A stretch of DNA of 64,000 nt from Auanema rhodensis (lineage: Eukaryota; Animalia; Nematoda), in assembly GCA_964057225.1 (NCBI GenBank), contig OZ059896.1:15810001-15874000 (forward strand). The letters are read 5' to 3'. The notes under the pieces are model-generated. The model saw only the letters and a program-made list of their open reading frames with translations. It was not told the DNA's origin and made no database searches. The translations under genes and the position numbers were made by a program. Of this stretch, positions 35,153 through 50,300 are shown in pieces; position 1 is the first letter of the stretch, and each line of letters starts with the position of its first letter.

Positions 35153-38145
35153 TTATAACTCAGTATGACCAACAGGAACCTCTGGAGGACATTGGGCATT
35201 CAGACGAAGCATAGCCATTTCACTGATTCCATAGTAATGAACAAACGCCGCAATAACAACGCATGTATGGAAAAGTTGGTGAGATTGAAACTTAAAAATA
35301 ATTACAATTAGTAAAAAGAATAGAAGAAGCATTGCATTTACCCAAATATCGCATTTTCCTGGAAAGAATCTTTCAGGTGTACGAGTAGCATAAAGAACAG
35401 CTCCGAGAAGATAAAGGAATGCCATAAGCAATAACCAGTGGAAAGCATTATCTTCGAACAGAGAACGAACTCCATCGGTATAAATGTAATGAGCAGTAGG
35501 AATAGCACCTTCAAATATGATTCAGTTTAGAAAATAAGACAAAGCTAAAGGATATTTACCACTTAGTCCCATTCCAACAAAGACAGCAGCTCTGTAAGGA
35601 CGGAATTTCGATTCACTGAACTTGTCCCAGAGTGAAACGGTGATAGCTCCTTAACAAGCAAAGATAAACAGTTCAACAAATTTCAAACAAACCTGCTCCC
35701 AGTACACAAACCATTAGGATGTATGTGATTTTAGGTTCACGCCTGCAGTAAAATCCGTAATAAATCCAGGGAATAAAGGATCCAACAATCAGCATGGATA
35801 TTCCCATATAATCTAGTCTTTAAATAATATCTTAGATTCAAATGATAAAATAATGAGCGTACTTGCAGAAAATTTTGACTATATCTACAGAATGACATGA
35901 TAGCGTATGGAAAACGAATGATAATCCCAAGCATAGTACAGCTCCAGCGAAAAAGAAGGAAAACACAACCTAAAATATTCTTAAACCATCTGATTTCTTC
36001 TAAGAATCAAACTTTTTCTTGAAATTGGATATGATTATCAGGTCTTGAAAGGAACCATACCGCTAGAATGAAGAACGCTACGCAACCTGAAAAATAAAAG
36101 ATCAGAAATTTTTTTTGGGAGTGGATTCAAGTAATAACTTTTAAAAAATGTTTTCTATCAGCTTATTGAAGGGAAAAGCTTTCAACGAGTATATAATATC
36201 TCGTCACTGTCTAAAGTTTCTGTTTCCGAACCCCCGTTCGTTTAAAACCCAAACCTAACAGCAACATATGATATTAATCGTCTGCTAGTCTGCGCTCAGA
36301 AAGAAACAACGTGGGCAAAAAGATCGTTCAGATTACACTTACATTATTAGACCATGTGATCTTATTGTCATATGATTTCAAAAACATACAGCAACATGGA
36401 ATAAAACGAAATTCTTCTCGAATTCCACTACCCACTCACGTCTCTCTTTCTCTCACTCTTTTGCACAATATGCAATAATCATATAGGGAGGGGGGGGGGG
36501 ATAAGAGCGATAGCATATCATGTATACCATGCTATTATCAGAGGTAAGCTATACTCTGAAACAATCGAAAACTATATATTCAACCTATAAACATATTATT
36601 TGATCAGATATCAGTTAGAAGTGAGAGCGTATCAAAGGGTATGTTTCAAGTTTTCATGTTAAAAACAGCAACACTTTAGGTTACTTACTGCACCATCTAC
36701 CATCAAAATAAACCAAATAATTGATATGTTATAACCATGGTATACATATGAATGAGGTCAATGTCCCAAATAACATTTTTGCTTTTACCTCGTTGGGTGC
36801 ACTAACTAAGGTATTCGTAAATCAATAACCACAAAAAATTGGCATTCCCACTTAATATATGGAAATATTGTTAATTTTTAGCGTGGTCTGAACGGAATTT
36901 TTGGATTTTTTATCGTACCAACAACCTTCATCATGTAACAAACAGGTTTTTAAAAAGACGTTTTCTGCCAAAGTATGTAACTAAGCGAAAAAACGGAGAA
37001 AAGGCTTGAAACTTTAAGACAAAAATTTCACTGAAGGTTTCTTTGGAAAACATTATTCCAACTGTTGCTTGTTTTTGCGTACAAGCGAAGAATAAACATG
37101 TTTTGATGATGATTGCAAAAGTAGTTTCATTAAATTCGATGCTAATCGAAGAAAAGTTGTACTTATTTCTGGCCTATAACTGATATCGAAATCAGAATGG
37201 CATGATTTGTGAATACCTGATAAAAATGCCCAATAACGGTGTTAAACATATGAAAACGACAAAATAAAATCACAGCATAATCTAGTTGATATAGTTAGAG
37301 CTATAAACAACTTACCAATTAAATGTGTCCATATGTTTCCTGTCTCTGTATGAAGAGCCCAAATACTCTTGAAACATTCAGCAAAAGAAGGTAAAGGAGG
37401 TCGATGGCCATGTCTAAAGCATTAAGTAATTGTGTGAAAGTTCACGTCAATATTCACCGCAAAAATTCATTGTCCTGAAGCCACTCAGGTAAATTCTCAT
37501 ACTTCAAAACTTTCCACCTAGCTTGATAAGTCTGAAATAATCGCAATAAGAGAGGAAAACAAGTAAATAATGTTACTTTAGTCACGACTCCGGTGTCCTC
37601 AGAGCATTCTTCTTTTAATTCAACTTGAAGCTCGTCTTCGCCATCCTTAGCAACTTCGTTGTTGCTTTCTTCGACTTGAAGCCATTGTCCTCCTTTACGA
37701 CGACGATATCGAAGAGTTGTATGCTTAGGGCGTTCATCATCGGTGCCTTAAAAAGTATCAATAGTTTAAATTTAATATAGTACATTCATACCTGCTTTAC
37801 CTCCATGGAAGGAGGATGATCGGGATCTGCAGAATATTTCGGAATCAGAAGCACCTGAGATTTAAGTATATTAACAGAGTCGATGTAGGCAACTTACCAT
37901 AATCCTCATCATCAGAGTTAGGTTGGGAAACCATTGTGGTCTTACGGGAAACAAAAACTTCCATTCCTTCGCCTGTTTTTCTGGCTGCAGGATTTATTAC
38001 CTTAACATACACTTTTTAAAATAATACATGATTGGAAACTGTAAACCTGAACAGTCGTACTATCTTCAACCATTCGCTCTCCAGGAAATTCAATTCCCTT
38101 CTCATGGAGAAGTTGTAGCAAAGCCTCATTAATATTATCCTCCAT
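35153..38145 (-). CDS. paqr-1: Adiponectin-receptor-like PAQR protein
   Basis: The N-terminal VEDSTTVQVINP...VFVSRKTTMVSQPNSDDEDYGASDSEIFC segment matches recalled C. elegans PAQR-1. The core has LPEWLQDNEFLRHGHRPPLPSF, HTETGNIWTH, KLDYMGIS and PERFFPGKCDIWFQSHQLFH. Confidence 0.94.
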
Positions 38146-40678
38146 TCTGAAAACAAAACAAATGAAATCTAATTATGCATATATTATAAGCTAACAATGA
38201 AAAGGAATTCAAAAAAAGAAAAATCAGAACCAGGTTGTTGGAATTTGGTTCAGAAGACTATATTTGGATGCTATAGACTTCACCTAGTAGTACAAGAAAT
38301 TTACAACAATGATAAAAAATTGTTAAGACGTCCCTTGAACCAGAAAAGAAGATAGATAAGCCGTGGAATAATGCTTCAATTCATATGTGACAGTGAAGGA
38401 AATACATCAATAAATATAAAAAGCTGGAAGATTATACTTTTCAAAGGTAAAAATCAGTGATAACTCTAAAATCTGAACTATCAGACATTCAAATATTACA
38501 ATTAGTATTCACGTATAGAAGAAAAAAAAGTTCAATAGATAAGATTAAAGGTCAAAGTGTCATGAGAAAAGGATTCTAGCTTGGTAAAACATAGGAGAAA
38601 ATCCATGCGATGTTAAAAGCAAGTACAAGTATTCTAGAAGAAAAGCTTAACAAAACCGAAAAAAAGAAAACGGCTATAACGAAAAATGAAGAATCGAAGC
38701 ACATTTAATAAATAAGCTGCTACTTTTGTCTGATTAAGGTGTTTTGCGAAGTTGCAGCGACTGATTCACTACAAGTTTTCTCATCATCGTCGTGTGACAG
38801 AAGAGGATAGTCTCCTCATTCACCATACTTCAACAGCGTACATACGCACGGGAAAAGAGGAGGAAAAGTGAAGGAGATAGACATAGAGAGACTAGGACCA
38901 CCAACAGCCGACGAGATACACACAGAAAAGAAATAGAATAAGCAATAGACGCAGGGGTGGAGCAACAACACAGAGGCAGAGGGTTAAATGGAGAGGAAGA
39001 GAGAGCGGTTGCGTTGTAGATATTCTTTAAAAATATATGCATGGAAGTAACTCAGACTACTTGAAACTGATAATTTATAGAAACTGTTTTAAGTTACTTG
39101 CAACTGGTCAATGGTCTCGTTTCGATGCAGGCGACCACAATCAAATTTTACTATATGTCAACTGACGTTCTAACTCAAGGAAAAGTGCATCATAGGTACA
39201 CTTATCATTATACATTTGAGAATCTAAGAATCTCAACTTGATCTTACAATTAAAGCAAAAATGAAGTTGAGAATAAGCTCAGTGGTCCTGACCAATTGGT
39301 TAAGTATCAAGAAGAGCAAGTTTTTTTCTTGAAGCACAACCAGTCGTTGCAAGACACAAATTAAAAATAAACAATATGATTTCAAAAATATCTCTACTTC
39401 GACTACAGTGTATTCTGGTTCCCGTTTACGTTAATGATCAAGAGAGAAAGTGAAAATTAGACATAATTGGTTCACAATTAGGATAGAAACGAATCTTCTA
39501 ATAAGTTTAATTGAAGTCAGAACAAAATGAAGTGAAATTGAATGAGGGTTGAGTTAGACACAGTCTTTCTAGGGTTTGGCTCTGTCTAGTTCCTCCCACT
39601 CCAATAGAAGAAAAATTGATCGTGAAATCAAAAATCATGCCACAACACGTGAGCTAGTTATGTCTTTTTCTGAATAAAGGGTACCGGGCACGAGGAACAC
39701 GTCAATAATCAGGAAGGTTTCTCTGTGGTATTCAAGATATTTAAGTTGTTTAAGGTTTAAAGCTATTTTTTCCACAAATCTAATGTAAGAGAAGTGTGTG
39801 AAGCTATTTCAGAAAGTTAATTAGAATGTAGGTTTCAAACCATGTTTGTAAACTACTCTGCTTAGTGACGAGAAATACTAACAACTTGTTGGAGGAGGAA
39901 CGTCTACTTTATGACAGGACACGAAATTTCGAAACGGGATTATATCTCAATCGGGTGTAAATGCTAAAAAAAAATCGATGAATGTGATTCAATATTGTTT
40001 CTCGTTTTGGGAAACTCAAAGTTCTTAGCCTAGTTTTCAAAGTAAACATATGGTATAAGGGATGTTAATAGCCAATCGAGATCATCACACATCTAAGGAA
40101 AAAGTGAGAAATTGACAGTAACTGATTGAACCTGGTTTTCTTCTTTCAAATGAGTCACTATTTAGAGGTATTTCACAATATTTCGAAACCTATATGTATT
40201 TCATAAATGAAATCCTTGGATCGTATATATTAGGCATCAGTTTAAGATATCATTACATTTTATAAAAGAAAAAAAGAATTAAGGATCTTAAGGAATTAAT
40301 TCCTCGAACATGTTGGACGAAGGTCAAGCTGATTCATGACTCCAGCAAACGACTAGACCAAATCTAAATAAAGAAAAGATGAGAAAAGACTAACTCCGGG
40401 AAAGTTTACTTAGTTATAGCTATGTACACTACTTTATTTTCAAGTTTATGAAAGCAATTTAGTAATCCTTTACTTTTGCTTGAATTTTCATATGTATCTA
40501 GACGATAGACGAGAGTCACAATTAAATTAAGAAGTAATGTAAAATACAAAAATTGAAATGATTTTAAATAATATTTCGTTTATTTTCATAATTCATATTT
40601 ATAATTCAACTATTTCATATATATGTTCTATATATAATTTTATTTGTGTCATAAGGATAAGGATACATTTGAAATGTA

Positions 40679-40716
40679 TTCACGTGCATTCATGTGCATT
40701 CACGTGAATTTCACGT
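40679..40716. repeat. Short 10-bp-period array of TTCACGTG(C/A)A
   Basis: Sequence reads ttcacgtgca ttcatgtgca ttcacgtgaa tttcacgt. Confidence 0.8.
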
Positions 40717-42466
40717 TTCTTTACTATATTTGTAAACATAATACGTGCTGGTATTCCTATTTTTATTTCATTCAAAGTTAGTATTCAAACATATTTTTGT
40801 TTCAGATCTTTTTTCATTGACATAATCAATTATCCTTTTCAAATTAAATGTTTCAAATTCCTGATTATAAGGCTGCAACTAGTTATATACATATACTGTA
40901 CACTAATTTATATATAATCAAATGGTAAGAATATTATTTTAATTTTGATTTAGACTAATAAAAACTAATTCATTAAAGGATTAACTCAATATACTTAATT
41001 ATGTATATACCAAATTGAGAACGAGAATGTTATCTAATTAGTTGTAGCCATGTACTATCGTTTGCGGATGAATAAGGTATGAGCATTTCATAATTCTTTT
41101 CCAATATATTTGCTCGATGATCTTTTTTGTGCTGAGATCGATATTGCCAGTCATTCTTAGCCATTCATTGGTATGTAAAAAAACCTTATTTCTGCAAATG
41201 TCTGTATGAATTGAAAAGGAGAAAATGATCATATATATAGATTTAACCTGATATGTTCGCCTTACAGTAACATCCTACTACTTTGAGACTTGAGATATGT
41301 ATAAGTGAATGTACAAGTTCAATAACCAACTCAGTTGTACTATAGACGGAAACGACTCATCCTTTATTGAAAAAAGTAGCGATGTTTCCATTTGAAGAAA
41401 TAGGTGTTGATAATAACAATTGGATGGAATAAAAGAAAATTAAATTGAAGCTGCAGAACAGTGATCTCTAAATGGTTTTCGATCACTTTAAAAGCATTTG
41501 TGAACTTCGTGAGCTCAATAACTTAATTAGTTTCATGACGCATAAGCTCACGTGGTGATTGTTCTTTCGAGATGATTTGTCAAGTGTACTTCTGTCCAGC
41601 ATGAGTATATTGCCTTAGTTCTAAGTGTGAAGTATTTGAAAAATTTGATTATATCCCTTGAACTGACTTCTAGATCATGAAATATATGTCATTCGTTGCT
41701 TTAAGCTCAAAAAATATAAATGTTATGATAAATATTATTATTATAAGTTTGAGTTTTATAGTTATAAATATTATAGTACTTAATATGTTCTCAGAATCCA
41801 TCTCTACGACCTTTGATATCAGCTGTTCAGATTATTGAGTTTCATTCGTTTGCTTTTTTATAATTTCTCTGAAAGCTTAAAATTAATTATGTTATTCTCA
41901 AAAGTGTGAGAAAACATTAATTACTCATTTGTTTTGCCTCACTGAAGCTAGTTGACTTAGCAATTGGAGAGCCTGAAGAAATCAAGTTCAATGTTTTCAT
42001 TCGGTTAAGCAAAAAATGAATATAATAGGAACACCATGCTTCCTTTTTTATCTTTTAAATAGGATTTTGTCGCGAATTTTGGAATTTGATTTTTTCACTC
42101 TATCTATCGTTCTATCTCATTCTTCTTCTCACATCTCTTTCACTTTTCCTTTTGTCACCCTTGCTCTACCCTCTTTTCTCTTGATCTCTTTAGCTTTCAC
42201 AGATACGCTCCCCGTTTCCTTCTATAGCTCAAAGTCTTCTTGTCATTGAAACCACTGGGGATTCGTCCAGATGAATTTTCTTTGGCGTCTTGAGGCATCT
42301 CCAATCCCGACCCCAAACCAGCCTCCTTCCTTTCGAAAAAATGCGCCTCCCGAGGCTCAGACACATTCATTTTCAGTTACTTACTTCAGTTTCTTGTATA
42401 AATGCTCTCTAAATTTCATTTCTTAGTTTGCTAGGCAGCTATTTTCGTTTTCCAGCCATCAGCCAC

Positions 42467-43795
42467 ATGGCGAGCATTGAACTTTACTTCGAAAATGTAT
42501 GCTTGATTACATTTTGTGTTATATTTCGAGCTATAATCCACATACTTCAATATAAATTGTAATATATAAGTCTTTAGAAGGTTTTTTTCGTCTTCTGATT
42601 TAATATATTTATATATCGATACTTTTTTATTTGTTATCCAACTTAAAATTTATTTTCCCGGCTTCCTGAAACACTGCTATTGTTGATATGTTTCAATCAG
42701 CTATTCCATGATACAGTTGAAAGTTGTTGTTCTTTATTTTCTCATATTTCAACTTTTCATTTTTTTCGTTTGGTATTATTCAACACTTCTAAGCCTTTTT
42801 TTATTTTTCATTATTTATGAAAAAGTGAGAAAGTAAGCTGCCGAAAAAAAAACGAAACAAAGAATTTCCAAGTTTATCTAAGTTTTTGTTTCTTCTCGCT
42901 TTTGTGATGAATGATAGTCACGAGAAGTCAAGCTTTCTTTGCTTCGCTTTCGTTTTTTAATTTCTTCTAGAGGAAAAGCTACTTGTTTATTAATGTTTTA
43001 AGGAATCCATACCAGATCACGAATTATTAAAGAGATCTTGCTTAGCAATTAAGCATCTTCTGATCGTTTTTTCCTCCTGAAATGAAGCCCAATTTTATTC
43101 TGGAAAGCAGAAAAAACCGAGCGAACGTTCTGCGTGCCATCTACAGCAGAAGAGACGCTTCCATTTGCCCTGCTCTCGTAATCACTCTCCATTTTGGCTT
43201 TCGGCTAATCATTCTTCCATTTTCTCTATTTCTTCCAAATTTTTTTCAAAGTAAAAAATCGCCTTTTTACTTTTTGTTGATAAACAACAGGCGCTTTGCG
43301 ATCCCTGTACGCAAGTTGAGACTCGATAGTAGTAAGCTAAGAAGTGGTCGAAAACATAAAGTCGTTTTTTTCGTTGTTAGGCCAGATAATAAATGACCTG
43401 ATGTAACGGCTTATAATATCTATCTTACTACTGTAATTGTAGTAATATTCTTATTATGTTGACTCTTTTATACTTAATTACTTTCAATATTTCATCTGGA
43501 ATAATAAGTTGATTACACGTCCACCCTCCTTTATCCCTCTCTATCTATGCCGCTTGTATTACAGCTGTTTGAGCATTAAAATTTTTTTTCTTTATGATAG
43601 TTAATGCTATTACAGCAGCCACATTTGACATTTGCAATACCATTTGTGGTTTAGTATATGAGGTTCATAAGTGTAATTGCATTCTCAAAAGCAAATTTAT
43701 GATTTTTATTTCTTTTATGTCGTATTCTGAACTATATATAGTTGCTGCTTTTATTCTCTCTCTCTCCCTCCCTCGTTCTCTCTCTCTCCCCCTCT

Positions 43796-43865
<70 letters not shown>

Positions 43866-45874
43866 ACCTTCCGATGACTCGTTCTCCGTCAACCATCCTC
43901 TGCTTTCTATTCAGCCAATATCGTTATGTCCCCAAAGAAACATCCGTTGTTTCCATTTCTATTTCTTTTTCAATTTTTAAAATTAAGATTATGATGACGT
44001 CAGATATCAAGTATCTGATCAACATCATCATAATTATATTCGTCAGCCTTTGTCATATGATTTCGATATAGTCATCACTGAAATATATATGATATATCTT
44101 CCAGCTTATTTCAAAGAAAATTAATTATTGTATATACAGAATAGTCATTGAAATCTTAAGATGTTCATCTATTGTCTGCATGTCAATCTCACAACACATT
44201 CATGATGTATTGCAATAGGAGTATTTTTGCTTTCAAAATGTGTAACTATTACGTATTTAATAAATTATTAAAATATTTAAGAAAGTTTAACATTAGCAAA
44301 ATTATTTAATATTTTCGTTTTCTATTAGTATTCTTATACATATGAGCTTACTAGTTCAAATTTGTCCACTTCCGCATCAAACTTCATCATCAACCCCCAA
44401 ACTTTTTTCGAACATTTTTACAGCATATTACTTTTTATGTTTTATACCAACATTTTATTAGTATTAACTAATTTTTTTTTTAAATCGAACGTAAGAAAAC
44501 ATTCTCAGAATCTCTCGCCCTTAAAGTCTTTGTATTTTCAATTTGCATTGAATATGCTGTAGTTGTTCACCATATTCATTCTCAACAACTTGCCCTTTAC
44601 AGCCGCTTCATGTCTAATGGCTTTTTTACATTTTAGAATTTTTTTCTGTTTTCATTTCTACATGTTTATCAGTAAGTTCATATACTATGCCTTTTCTATT
44701 CCAATTTCTCCGCTGAAAAACTTGAAATAACTCAGATGGTTTCCCTTTTTGCAAAGGTACAAATCTTTCCTTTTCGTTTTGTGCGCAACGAAACAGATTT
44801 TTCGCTCCGTCAATCATCGAATCGTTTCCTTCTGTCTTTTTTCAAATCTGTTGAGTTTATTTTGCAATATTTCTTGTTATTTTATGTCCTCTTCTTGAAG
44901 AGAGAGGGAGATGACATGAAAATAAAGCTTGTGCTTTTTGAGACAACTCGTTGACTTTAGCTATTGTTAGCAATTTGTGCACTTTCATTAGCCAAATGAC
45001 GGAAAGATGATGTTGTTTCCTTTATATTGTTTGAAATGTATCTGACAAAAACAATGAGAAAACAGCATTTCTAGTATATATGTATATCTCTGCTGTAAAT
45101 AGTTTAGCTTCATTATTATTGTACGAGAATACTAATTATAATTTCATTGAATACTTACATATATATATATCTATATATTTCTATATAGTATATTAATATT
45201 AATACATAATTTTTATGCATATTGTGTACACTGGTTGAATTTAACTGAATGTTGCTTGTCACACTCCCACATGTTATCATTAAGGAAGCTGAACTGAGTA
45301 GGGCAAGCCCATTCCTGTTGCTGCTTTCATGACAACCTTAGCACATGAAAGCTGTAACAGCCAGAAACCCAGAACGATAACGACGACAACGAGAACGAGA
45401 ACGAAGAAGACGACAAAGATCTTGAGCACGATCCGGTTGTGCTGGAACATTCATTGATCACACATCTTCAGTCCTTTGCAAACGTTTCGTCTTCAGCTCA
45501 AGCAGTTATTTATAAAACAAAAATGAATTGCGATATTTTGTGTATGTGTGTTTGCATGCATATACAAATATAAAAAATATACATACATACAAGCTCATAT
45601 TCAATCCTCAAGCCTTTGCCTGCACTCCTCCTACTACTCATCTCCTTTTCCACGCTTTTGTTCTTCTTCTACAGCCTTGTTCAACCCATTTATATATGTT
45701 AAAAGAACTTTTTTTCATATAAATTTAGGAAACAGGAAGCAAAATGAAAACTGAAATCAGAAATGAATGAGAAAATTCATTCAATTTTCTACGTTTGATG
45801 TTTGACCAAAAATACTTCTCTTATTTTCAATTTCTTTTGTTTTAAGGTTGCAATCGCTTATAACTTTGACAGGC

Positions 45875-45929
<55 letters not shown>

Positions 45930-46952
45930 TCTCTCTTTGCTTCCTACATGAGCATAGATTATTCACGTCAACCACTTTAATTACATTAGAATATTACGTG
46001 AAAAAGATTATTAATATAATATGTGTTTCATCTAATATTATTCATCTTATATTCTCGATTATTTATATTAGTTTCGTTATATAATTATTTTATCAGCCTA
46101 ATTATCAATATTATAATAAGAGCACTATAGGTTTTATGCTAGCTCAACGCTAAAAGCAGTAGCAGCAATGTATTAGCACTAGAGGAATAGCCAAGATCTT
46201 ACCAGTTCTATTCGTTTTATTCTGTTTTGTATATCTCTATTTCTTGTCTTGTAATCTCTAACGATGCCTCCTCGTCTCTTCGTCTACGTTGACGACTTCT
46301 TCTCAATCGTAGTTGTTTCCTTCTCTATAATTCACTTCTTCTCTCTTTTTATCTTATACTCTTCATATATATCTTTCACTCTTTTACCCTCTTTTTCCCT
46401 ACATTCCTGCTTTCCTCCTATTTGGCCAGAAAAAGGTCTCACAACAATAGCTGATACAAACAACTTCAATCTATTTCCTTCCATAGAATACTGCAAACTT
46501 AACGATGATCTTCCATTGAATAAGGTTTTGGTCTTCCGCACCTTTTCCTAATTTGATCTATGTGGACTTCCCTATTATCCGACTCTTCCCCTTCGTTTTC
46601 GATCTCAAGCGCCTTAACTCTTATTCCTTTTTCTGCTTTTTCTCATCAATGCCTCTTACTTGTCGGATTCTACTCAGCCTAGTCCACTGCTCATTTTTAA
46701 GTTTCCGATGATGCAATATACTCATTCGTCTAGTTTCCTGAGCTCATGTGAATGATGTCGAGCTATGTGAGCGAATCTCATCACCTCAATATGCTCACAC
46801 ATATTGATCTTCATTTATCTTTTAATTATTCATTACTGATAGCATCAGTCTTTGGAGATATTTTCGGTTACTATGTTGGTGATTTTCGATATTTGGCTGC
46901 TTTAATTGAGATCTGCTCTGTTGATCTACCGAAAATTATTATCTTCATATGT

Positions 46953-47009
<57 letters not shown>

Positions 47010-47347
47010 TATATCTTAATATGCTTGAACAATCCAATCAGCTCATCATGATTGAATATTTAATAATGTACTTATTATATCTATCTATCTATCTATATAT
47101 ATATATATATTATATTCTATATACATATGTAATATAACAATAGCAAATGGTTTATGAGAATTTAGTTATTATCTATAACTATTATATTTATGCACATTTA
47201 TTATATGTATATCTCTAAATATTATATTAATTATAATTAGTTTTTATTTCTTCTTCAATGATTTCATCTTTGAGTATATGTTTAACATATTTCGACTATT
47301 GAGCTAAGATCAATCAGCTATTCTTACTTTCAACCTGAGCTTGCACA

Positions 47348-47381
<34 letters not shown>

Positions 47382-50300
47382 GAAGATAGTCCTTTTTAAA
47401 GCTTGTTAGTTGTTCAAAAGCGATCTTTCCCTTTTCCTTTTCTATCGTTTACCAAAAAAAATGAACGAAAACAATATTTTTGATTCATAGGCCTTTTATG
47501 CATGTATACATATGCATGTTGGCTTGGCAAAGTAATTTTTGACAAGCTGAGCTAAAGATCTCCTGAATCTTTCAGTACATGACGTGATTGTCGATGAAAC
47601 ATCACACTTAACGAATCAGGATGAAACGTTAAACGTACTTCCTTGTTTAGTATATATTATATAGTTAGCATATCTAGTTTGCTAAACCAAATATATATAT
47701 ATATATATATGTATTATTCCTTGCAACAAAAAGTTTCCAATTTGTTTAGTGTCTCTTGTTTCATCATGTTCTTCGTCTTCTTTTTTTAAGAAAAAAAAAC
47801 TGAAGAAGATCCAGGAAATTAAAACGTATGTGTGTGTGAGAGAGAGAGAGAGAGAGAAGTTTTCGAATTCTTTTAGAATTATTTGTTTTTCTTGGTATTG
47901 AGTTCACATCAAAGTTCGTAATTAAGGTTTTGCTTCTTCTTCTCTTTCTTCCTGAAATCTCTTTCTGCATATTTTTTGTAACAAAAGAAGGAAGAATAAA
48001 AAGAAGAAATTAAAAAGAAATTAAAGTTTGAATTCTATTTATAATATTACAAAATTTTTTATTTATTTATTGTTTTTTGTTGAAAAAATTTATTTGTGCC
48101 CAGCCTTTTTTTTCTGGGAGCGGTAATACAAAATCTCATTTTCTTCTAAAAGAGTTATTATGATATTGACAATATATTTTTTATTTTATAATTATTTCTA
48201 TAATATGGTTTAGAATGAAAGAATTTGCGTTGTTTAGATAGTTAGATACATCTAACCTGCCATTGCTTTATTCTTCTTTTTTTTTTCTTTTCATTTTGCA
48301 ATATTTTATTTGATGGTGTACTCTTAATTTAACATTCTTGTGTTTTTGAGCCTTGTGGGTGTGATAAAGAGAGAGAAAAAGAGTTGGATTAAGTATTGTG
48401 ATTGGAACATGTGAATAGAGGAGAAGAAATACTTCTTCTTTTGACTCATATTTATGTCCCAGTTTATTTTAAAAGCTGTGTGGCTTCATGATTTTTCCTT
48501 TGGGACTTTAAAGCTTTATTTTCTTGTTCCAACATTTTGCCTTTTTTTTCTTATTTAACCACAACGATAGTTAATTAATTGTTACTTATTGAGTATGAAC
48601 TCTTTAAGCATATGATAGTAACGTTAGTCAACGTGGTTCCAAATTTATATTCCATATCAAGATGTACAGATGTTTCTTGATGATTAAACCTAATCTTAGT
48701 TGCTCATTGAACTAAACAAAGAGAGAAAGGGAAAGAGAGAGAGAGAGAGAGAGAAATAAATATATTTGATTTTCACTGCTTGATCTCACTTTAGAGTCAT
48801 TCTCTCCTTTTTGCTCCCTTCTTAATCAGAATGTTCTTCCGTAAATCCTCATGATTAATTCTAATTCTTCTAAGTCAATTCTAAGCTTTAATCATCATGA
48901 AAAATATTTTTTTTAGCCTATTTTCTATACTATTTCGTGGAAATAGACATAGAGATGACGAGATGATCATTGAATGTTTTCTCTCACCATTTTTATAATT
49001 TTTGATTTCAAAAAAAAAAGCAGAAAGAAAGACAAAGATGAAAAAGCTAGCAGAATCATGAAATTGAAAACAAACTATAATTTGGTTGCATGATAATGGC
49101 TTTGTCCTCCGAAAAGTTATGATAGTTTAGCCTATTTAAGTCAGCCTAATTATTTTGGTTTTTGATGATTGCCAGGCTTAACAGGCTGTGCACATGTTTT
49201 AAACTTACCTAACAATCTTGCTTATGCGTCCTCCTCGCCATTTTAGTTTTTTGGTTGCAATGTTCGCATCATTTTAATGTTTTTTGCTCGCTCACCCTCT
49301 CCTCGTTTTTACTTTTCAGTGTTTCTCCCTCTTATTCTTCCAGCTTAACGTTATCAATTGTTTCAAATCATCTGTAAAATTATATGTGTTGCAAATTCGT
49401 CTTCGTTGCATAGCTATTCTAGGAAATGTTCAAATGAGAATCCTATCCCCAGGCATATTTCTAGTCGATCTAACTCTTATATTTGCTGAGAACTAGCTTC
49501 AGTCAGTACGAAACACTTTCATTCCATTCTTTGTAAATCGTTCTGCTAAACTTCTTGCAGCTTTTTTCCGATTTCCTTCCTGTGTTGATGTCTCGTGTGT
49601 GAAATATCTGCTCTGCCTGTTTTCGGAAAGCTAAAGGTTAATGGCATAAAGTTTGATCGAAAGTCTATCTTACCTACTTGAAATCGTCCATAGCTTAATC
49701 GAAACGAATATCTGTGCGTGAAAGTGTAGACATGCTCAACATGCCTGAATATAAAATCTATAAGACCCGAACTTCTAAACCTATTGCTACGCCAAACTTA
49801 ACAAGTTCTCATCTCCGTACAGCAGCCGCTAAAAAAATCCAAATATTTATAAAAATTGTTGTTTGTTGTTAAAATATGCTATTTTCTTCTCTTTTTCTCT
49901 TGCTATTCCTTCTTTTTTCTCTTTTACAGGACCTATCACCGAAAAGCGGAGCACGATTGAGAGAGTAAGGGAGTGAGAAAGTGAGAGTGAGAGCGAGAGT
50001 AAAAAAGAGTGAGAGAGAGAGAGAGAAAGGGGTGGAGAAGAATAATTTTTAAAAGTTGTTTTTGAAGCTAATTTTTCTTTTAAAAGTTGATAGTAGTCTA
50101 AAACAATATTTATCTGTTTTCTCTTCTTTCTCTTTTTTTTGGAATTTATGAATAATATTCGGTATTCATCATATTTTTATTTTCTCATTTTCGTCATAAT
50201 TTCAAGTGGAGGATACGCTTAGTTGAAATTGAATTTGAAACTGCGAAGATTCATTCTCTAACTTGAAGATTTTTAGATCTGAGCTTAATATTTGAAGCAA

